This document shows positions 26,771 through 32,000 of a stretch of DNA of 32,000 bases, piece after piece (positions within the stretch are counted from its first letter, which is position 1; every line of letters begins with the position of its first letter). The notes under the pieces are model-generated. The model made no database searches. It saw nothing but the letters and a program-made list of their open reading frames with translations, and was not told the origin of the DNA. The position numbers and the translations under genes are program-made. The stretch is taken from contig PRDJ01000067.1 in NCBI GenBank assembly GCA_003345555.1, positions 25,929 to 57,928 on the forward strand, written 5' to 3'. The stretch comes from Candidatus Thorarchaeota archaeon (GTDB lineage Archaea > Asgardarchaeota > Thorarchaeia > Thorarchaeales > Thorarchaeaceae).

Positions 26771-27316
26771 TCAGACATTCGGGATTCCGAACACTCTACG
26801 AACCATTGTGCCTAGACCAAGAGCCGACAGCATGTACCATGACCAGAACCACAGACCGAACCCGGCACCGGAAACATATACTCCTAGCCAAGGTTCCAGA
26901 AATGGAATAGCGTTTTGAGGGTTGAATGGAAGAACCGCCACAGGAGCAGCACCATATAGTCCGTTGAGAATGGCAAAGATAATCAGGAACGGGACGTAGA
27001 ACACACAGCATGGCTTCATTCTGGCGCTCTGCATCGACAACTGAATCTGCATAATGCGTGATTGATCATTGGTTAGTTCCTGCAAGAGGACTGGGTCCAT
27101 AGTCTTTCTTGCCTCGCTGAGCTTCCTCTGCCATGCCCGAAGCTCCTCTTGCCCTGTTTTGAGCTTCTCAACGTCGACCATCTTGACCGTGATGACGCTT
27201 GAAATGACAGCCAGCAGGACACCGACGGCCAGCACGAACGCTGCAGACCATGGCATCGTAGAAACAGGACGGAGGAAGTTGATGATAGCTCCGAAGATAT
27301 CGCTCCATACATCCAT
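26771..27316 (-). CDS. EMC3/TMCO1 (DUF106, Oxa1 superfamily) membrane-protein insertase homolog
   Basis: TM1, cytosolic coiled coil (VDVEKLK..ELRAWQRKLSEARK..Q.RIMQIQ), MKP + TM2, C-terminal WYMLS TM3; ATG 27316. Confidence 0.85.
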   Translation of the reverse strand: MDVWSDIFGAIINFLRPVSTMPWSAAFVLAVGVLLAVISSVITVKMVDVEKLKTGQEELRAWQRKLSEARKTMDPVLLQELTNDQSRIMQIQLSMQSARMKPCCVFYVPFLIIFAILNGLYGAAPVAVLPFNPQNAIPFLEPWLGVYVSGAGFGLWFWSWYMLSALGLGTMVRRVFGIPNV

Positions 27317-27413
27317 AGTGGCGACCAACCGACGCTAGTTTGAATCCTGACCAGTCAAGGTCACCGTATATACGTTCCGCAGAATCCGTCGAAAGCGCCA
27401 GACTTGGATGCTT

Positions 27414-27591
27414 CGGGGTCTCTCTGTTTGCTTTGACCTAGGCCGCAGTACACGCTCAGTAGCTCAGGTATGCGTAAAGCTGATGGCCCGGTACACGCTG
27501 TGTTTCAGCTGTTGCGCGCCAAACATACCTGAGTCAGCCTGAGGCAAAGCTGCCAAAGCAAGCCAAGAGAAGCGTTTACCGGGAGACCCCG
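27414..27591. repeat. Nested inverted-repeat element (candidate ncRNA, structured leader or miniature element)
   Basis: Arms CGGGGTCTC/GAGACCCCG, TTGCTTTG/CAAAGCAA, CTCAGGTATG/CATACCTGAG and AGCTGA/TCAGCT are concentric and perfectly complementary. Confidence 0.7.
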
Positions 27592-27595
27592 TTTC

Positions 27596-27604
27596 ATTTA
27601 TATT
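27596..27604. promoter_or_regulatory. TATA box, possibly serving both divergent genes
   Basis: ATTTATATT is the only AT-rich block between the EMC3-like gene and the 27655 ORF. Confidence 0.5.
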
Positions 27605-27654
27605 ATGGTAACGTGTACTCCGGACTCGTCTGCCGCCGGGAGGGCTAGACGCAA

Positions 27655-27924
27655 ATGCTGATGTTCACAAGGATGCTTAGAAGACAAGGGTTCTACCGTG
27701 TTAAGAACCAGGAGGACCCAGTCTACATGAAACACAACGTAGGCATTGGTGGTGTCTACGTTCGCATTGAGAAGAAGAAGGCACTGCTTACCGTACGCGA
27801 CTTAGGAATCGAAGAGGAATTCTCGAAGGTCAAGAAGCTCGAAGATTTCATAAACGAGCTTGAAGACAAGGCATACCGCGAGAGATGTCTCATCGTCAAC
27901 AAGATGAGGGGTTCTGGGTCTTAG
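27655..27924 (+). CDS. Small basic hypothetical protein
   Basis: 89-aa ORF, ATG after GGAGGG, protein-like composition; no family recognised. Confidence 0.75.
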   Translation: MLMFTRMLRRQGFYRVKNQEDPVYMKHNVGIGGVYVRIEKKKALLTVRDLGIEEEFSKVKKLEDFINELEDKAYRERCLIVNKMRGSGS

Positions 27925-27943
27925 TCTGCCCGTCGGCTACGGA

Positions 27944-29146
27944 CTAACCAGAAATCTTTGAGCCCAAGTAGCTAGGCAAAACCGCCTTGATTGTGCTCGT
28001 GACAGACCTCATTCCGACCAGCATTTCAGCGATCGTTCTCGTGGTCTTCTCGGATTTGAGAAGTCTCGAACCAAAACCGGAGGATCCGCTGCGGACGAGC
28101 CGCTTCTGCAGCCATAGTCCCCATTTGAGATCAGAACCTATCTTCCCAATCCAAAGCCGCTCGTATCTCGAAAGGAACTTGGCTGAGAAGTCTCTTTCTC
28201 TGACGGCTTCCGCAGCGACAGTTCCGGCCGCGTCTCCTCCTATCATGGAGTAGTATATGCCCTCGCCAGTGATTGGAGAACAGTGGCCGGCTGCGTCGCC
28301 AGCTAGGAGAATGTGTTCTGAAAACGAAGGCCTGACCACACCGGCTAGAGGCATCAGGGCGGCTTCCTTCTTCTCGACTTCGGCGCCTTCGAGTACCGAT
28401 GTAATGAAGCCAGTGTTTTTCGTGATTCTCTCTAGGTATTCTGACAGTCCTACTTGGGATTGCTGGACACTCGTAACTAGACCCCCTGTCCCAATCGCCA
28501 TTTCATGTCCTCTAGGAAACGCCCAGGCATATCCCCGAGGTGAGAACTCGGAACCGTAGAGGAAGTAATTTGCCTCCGGAAATGGAGGCATGGATTGACT
28601 GCGATGCATCTCAAACTGAACGGCGTAACCCATTCCGTCATTCGGAATGCGAGACCTGACTAATCCGGACTTGGCTGACACTGCGTTTACACCACTTGCA
28701 TCAATCAGGATATTGCAGTTCAATTGCTGCTTCTCACCGCCCCTTATGTAACTTAGAGAACATCCACCAGAGGCAACTGCTACTGACTGAACCTCCGACG
28801 CGAGAGAAACACGCCGTGATGATCTGCTGACCGCCCGAAGCATCGCCTCTCCAAGTACCTTACGAGTCGCGTTGATCCCAACCGGCTCTTCGAAGTCAAC
28901 AGTGGTCAACTCAACATTCGGAAACTTCATCCGAATGCTCCTTACAGGATACGAACCGGGTATCTCTCTGCTGCCAAGATGTTTCAAGGCTCTTGAAGGC
29001 ATGAAACCCCCACATACCTTGTGCTCACATGGCACCTCCTCCTTACTCAATAGGACAAAATCGATGTCCAGCTGCTCAAGCCTTCTTGCCGCAGTCAGAC
29101 CAGCGGGTCCAGCTCCGACTATTGCTACGTCAGTGTCTATCGTCAT
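27944..29146 (-). CDS. Geranylgeranyl reductase family FAD-dependent oxidoreductase (DGGGPL reductase-like)
   Basis: IVGAGPAG, KVCGG, IDASG, PRGYAWAFP, LLAGDAAGHCSPITGEGIYYSM. Confidence 0.9.
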   Translation of the reverse strand: MTIDTDVAIVGAGPAGLTAARRLEQLDIDFVLLSKEEVPCEHKVCGGFMPSRALKHLGSREIPGSYPVRSIRMKFPNVELTTVDFEEPVGINATRKVLGEAMLRAVSRSSRRVSLASEVQSVAVASGGCSLSYIRGGEKQQLNCNILIDASGVNAVSAKSGLVRSRIPNDGMGYAVQFEMHRSQSMPPFPEANYFLYGSEFSPRGYAWAFPRGHEMAIGTGGLVTSVQQSQVGLSEYLERITKNTGFITSVLEGAEVEKKEAALMPLAGVVRPSFSEHILLAGDAAGHCSPITGEGIYYSMIGGDAAGTVAAEAVRERDFSAKFLSRYERLWIGKIGSDLKWGLWLQKRLVRSGSSGFGSRLLKSEKTTRTIAEMLVGMRSVTSTIKAVLPSYLGSKISG

Positions 29147-29202
29147 ATCTGTGCGACAAGATCGGATGCCGGTCTTAAAACCTTGGCCTGAGTTTCTTGA
29201 AC

Positions 29203-29433
29203 GTACACGGGTGACACACTAGGTACACGCAGAACCTTGACAACCGTGTGGACTCGCAGAGAACGTGTACTGAAACTCACTTGGCAGTCATCTCAGCCGT
29301 GCTGAAATCCCAAGGCACACATCGCCTCCGCGACGACATAGATAGTAAACGCTGAAATCTGGTGGAAGTCCGCGGCCGCAGCTCCTCATACACACTCGAC
29401 ATCCGTACACGCTCGTTAGAAACCGTACACGCT
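29203..29433. repeat. Cluster of GTA(C/A)ACG motifs, including two 20-bp-spaced pairs
   Basis: Sites at 29203, 29223, 29264 (minus), 29345, 29405 and 29425; CCGTACACGCT is an exact 11-bp direct repeat at 29403 and 29423. Confidence 0.75.
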
Positions 29434-29491
29434 TGTGATTCGAGAAAAAACGGTGCTCGAGATGGCAAAGTCTCAAGATGAGGGCCAAGGG

Positions 29492-30346
29492 TCACTGATG
29501 CTTCAGGAACGTGCCTGCCCTGTACTCATCGAAAGCGAGCGCCAATTCCTCTTCTGTGTTCATCACAATCGGTCCTGCCCATGCAACTGGCTCCCTTAGC
29601 GGCTTACCTGAGACCAAGAGAAAGCGAACCGACTGTCTTGCGGCACGAATTTGTACTTCTGTCCCGTCTCCGAACAGGACAAGGCTCTCAGAATCCACAG
29701 GGCTACTAGCTTTCTTGTCAAAGAATCCTTTGCCCTCAATGACGTAAGCGAAGCCAGTGTAGCTCTTCTTGATTTCCCTTCTGAATACTGCTCCTAGAGG
29801 TACTATAACATCAAGGTACTCCGGGTCTGTCACTATTTCTCTGACTGGCCCGACCACACCATCTACTTCTCCGCAGATCACTCTGACCTTGGCCCCGCTG
29901 TCGAGCGAGACCTCCGGGATTTCAGCACTGTCGATTCCTCGGTATCTAGGGTCCATCATCTTGTGTGACGCCGGCAGATTCGCCCAAAGCTGGAATCCCG
30001 CCAGCATACCCTCTGTTCGCTGAGGCATCTCCTCGTGGATTATGCCGCTTCCCGCAGTCATCCACTGCACATCCCCCGGCCCGATATCTCCACCATTTCC
30101 AAGGCTGTCTTTGTGTTTCACTCGTCCACTTAGCATGTAAGTTACGGTCTCTATTCCCCTGTGAGGGTGCCACGGGAATCCGGCAATGTAGTCAGTGGGC
30201 TTCATTGAATGAAAGTCATCAAGCAATAGAAACGGATCGAGCTCCTTCACCTCGAAGAATCCGAAGGCTCGTTTGAGATGCACACCAGCGCCTTCAAGAG
30301 TTGGTTGGCTCCTCCAAACTTTCACGACACTTCGCTGTCTATCCAC
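29492..30346 (-). CDS. Pirin family protein
   Basis: DPFLLLDDF, GFPWHPHRGIETVTY, HKDSLGN, VQWMTAGSGIIHEE, FQLWANLP, GPIVMNT; GTG start after the strong SD AGGAGGAG. Confidence 0.95.
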   Translation of the reverse strand: MDRQRSVVKVWRSQPTLEGAGVHLKRAFGFFEVKELDPFLLLDDFHSMKPTDYIAGFPWHPHRGIETVTYMLSGRVKHKDSLGNGGDIGPGDVQWMTAGSGIIHEEMPQRTEGMLAGFQLWANLPASHKMMDPRYRGIDSAEIPEVSLDSGAKVRVICGEVDGVVGPVREIVTDPEYLDVIVPLGAVFRREIKKSYTGFAYVIEGKGFFDKKASSPVDSESLVLFGDGTEVQIRAARQSVRFLLVSGKPLREPVAWAGPIVMNTEEELALAFDEYRAGTFLKHQ

Positions 30347-30497
30347 GTGAGTCTCCTCCTATGACCTCAACTGCTGCTGGCAGCTCAGTTGGGCAACGTT
30401 CAGCAAGACGTCTGCCCGTTAACTAATGAAGACTTACATTCGACCTTTCTGCGGTGGCGGCCTGGTTGATACCAGTGAGTTCATACACGGGAGGCTT

Positions 30498-31262
30498 TCA
30501 AGCCGGTCCAAATCTGATACGCTGGTATAGCATATAGATTGTCACCGGGATGATTATGAAGATGAACGGGACAACCAAGCTGATATAGACTACGCCGAGT
30601 GGTGCCCACACGTTGAAGAGTGAAAACATTGGTCCCCATAGGACCGCGTCTCCAAACAATACTACACCAGTCCCGACCAAGTCCAAGAGTAGAGAGTTGA
30701 ACGGTGCGCTGATCAGGAATACTATCCCTACGACCAGACAAAACACACTCCATGTCACGATTGTCCTCATTCCGATTCTCACGTACGGATAGTCGTCCCG
30801 TCTGTATTCGTCTTGCTTGATTCTAAGCAGAGCAATCAGTAGCTCTTCTGAGATGTTGACCCCACCCGACCCAACCATCACGATCAGTGTAAAGAGGAGA
30901 ACTAGCAGTCCAGCTTGAAGGAGCCTGATTGACGAAATAAGCACCATGCCAAGGATCATCGCGGCGGACCCAAGGAGAACCGCGAACCAAAGGAATGTCG
31001 CAATCGTTCTGTCGGTCATTTGACGCTGAAACCATTCGCCAATTCGACCGTGTTTTGTAGTTCTCATAATGTCAATGTACCATTGATGTGAGAAACAGTT
31101 GCTGTATTCGGTCCTTCCTGAAAGGTCCAAGTTCGATACGTCGAATTGATTCTCAAGGGTCGTTCTCAAGACCTTGTACCGTCCGAATCTCCTCAGTCGG
31201 AATAAGGCAGACATGATCAAGAGCACGCCGCTCAGAGCTAGTATAAGCGTCAACTCAATCAT
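30498..31262 (-). CDS. Multi-pass membrane protein of unknown function
   Basis: 254 aa, about 6 TM helices, no recognised motif. Confidence 0.75.
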   Translation of the reverse strand: MIELTLILALSGVLLIMSALFRLRRFGRYKVLRTTLENQFDVSNLDLSGRTEYSNCFSHQWYIDIMRTTKHGRIGEWFQRQMTDRTIATFLWFAVLLGSAAMILGMVLISSIRLLQAGLLVLLFTLIVMVGSGGVNISEELLIALLRIKQDEYRRDDYPYVRIGMRTIVTWSVFCLVVGIVFLISAPFNSLLLDLVGTGVVLFGDAVLWGPMFSLFNVWAPLGVVYISLVVPFIFIIIPVTIYMLYQRIRFGPA

Positions 31263-32000
31263 TTATCATCATTCTCAACTGGTTGTCCGGGCTCGCCCAA
31301 AGAGGGCATCAGGAGGAACCTGAGAAGTAAAACGACTCACGGAGAACCGTCACTTGCTCCCGGCGTTCGCCGCCTACATAGTTCGTGGATATAAGCTATG
31401 CCCTGAACGAAAAGCCTGCAAATGTCTCCTGAGAAGAGAGCACGGGAAATCTCCATGTAAACCCTTGGTCTCCGCTTACGGGCTCCGTTATCCCTCAGTC
31501 TCACACTAGCCGAACCAGCGTCTGTGACCGTCTCACACATTTTCTTCTCTTTGGATCCCTGCAGATTGGTGAGCGATATCTTATCACTATTCACCGATTC
31601 TATATTTCAAATGCTTGCTCTAATCGTACAGCCTTATTGTGGTACATGATGTACCATTTGACGGCATAACAGTCTGGTTATGCTTTACACTAACGAATGT
31701 CGATGCATAGCATCGATAGAATAGGCGACCTGTCCACCAAGCTCGTTTTGGTGCTGATGTGCTAGATTTCGCATGGGTTGGTATATGGCGTCATACTCGA
31801 AGACCGAGTCATGATGTGGTCGGACCAGGAATAGACTCAGATAATCAGGGTTATCCTCGCAAAACAGTGCCAGTACATGGATAATGAGTACAGAAGCGAC
31901 CGATTACCACTTGGTCGTTGATTGAGTGTATTCACAACCCGAATACGGACTTAGAATAAGAGACCTTCGCTACTGATCTACGCAATCATAGCGATCGTTG
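31263..32000. other. Long, apparently non-coding, hairpin-rich region
   Basis: No convincing ORF; frequent stops in the 31620-32000 part; at least 14 short inverted repeats. Confidence 0.6.

Noticed and set aside
27338-27350. tRNA T-loop-like GTTTGAATCC
   Set aside because: Lacks the TTC signature; no cloverleaf or acceptor stem.
29203-29433. CRISPR array
   Set aside because: Repeats are 7-11 bp with irregular spacing and mixed orientation; no cas genes.
31352-31380. SRP RNA helix-8-like AGG-hairpin-AGCAA on the minus strand
   Set aside because: The stem is 4 bp plus two extra G with a GAAC loop, not CAGG-NNN-GGAA-NNN-AGCA; no Alu domain or helix 6 is evident.
31337-31594. 85-aa minus-strand ORF
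   Set aside because: No recognisable motif or RBS; the region is better explained as structured non-coding sequence, though not excluded.
31263-31600. RNase P RNA (GGAGCAAG present)
   Set aside because: No GAGGAAAGUCC (CR-I) or ACAGAA..CGGCUUA (CR-V) on either strand.
1-32000. Selenoprotein UGA read-through with SECIS elements
   Set aside because: TGA stops fall at natural family C-termini or at GTGA overlaps, and the main structured elements (24.5, 27.5, 31.4 kb) lie 5' of genes rather than in 3' UTRs.

Overview
Gene-dense archaeal chromosomal window, most likely from an Asgard archaeon of the Thorarchaeota/Thorarchaeia. This is an inference from a stand-alone gelsolin-like domain, a 24-aa LRR protein, an EMC3/TMCO1 (DUF106) insertase, a geranylgeranyl reductase, cofE and GGAGGTGA-type ribosome-binding sites. 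About 31 CDSs: metabolism (abfD 3' end, cofE, adenine deaminase, D-cysteine desulfhydrase-like, two further amidohydrolases, DUF362 Fe-S protein, GGR, pirin, SGNH hydrolase, ICMT-family methyltransferase), a MoxR/AAA_5 ATPase plus VWA pair, and several eukaryote-like or unexplained modules (gelsolin, LRR, HEAT plus winged helix, two B-box-like zinc-finger membrane proteins, tandem glycosylated surface proteins). No rRNA, tRNA, CRISPR array, transposase or integrase was found. The strongest unexplained signals are: (1) a 10-copy GTA(C/A)ACG motif cluster confined to the two intergenic regions flanking a small basic ORF and the GGR gene; (2) a 178-bp nested inverted-repeat element upstream of the EMC3-like gene; (3) an unnamed domain shared by the LRR protein and the protein coupled to the HEAT gene; (4) an orphan AAA+ lid at the N-terminus of the VWA protein; (5) a hairpin-rich non-coding stretch of at least 740 bp at the window end. 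All family calls come from motif recognition by eye; no searches were run.
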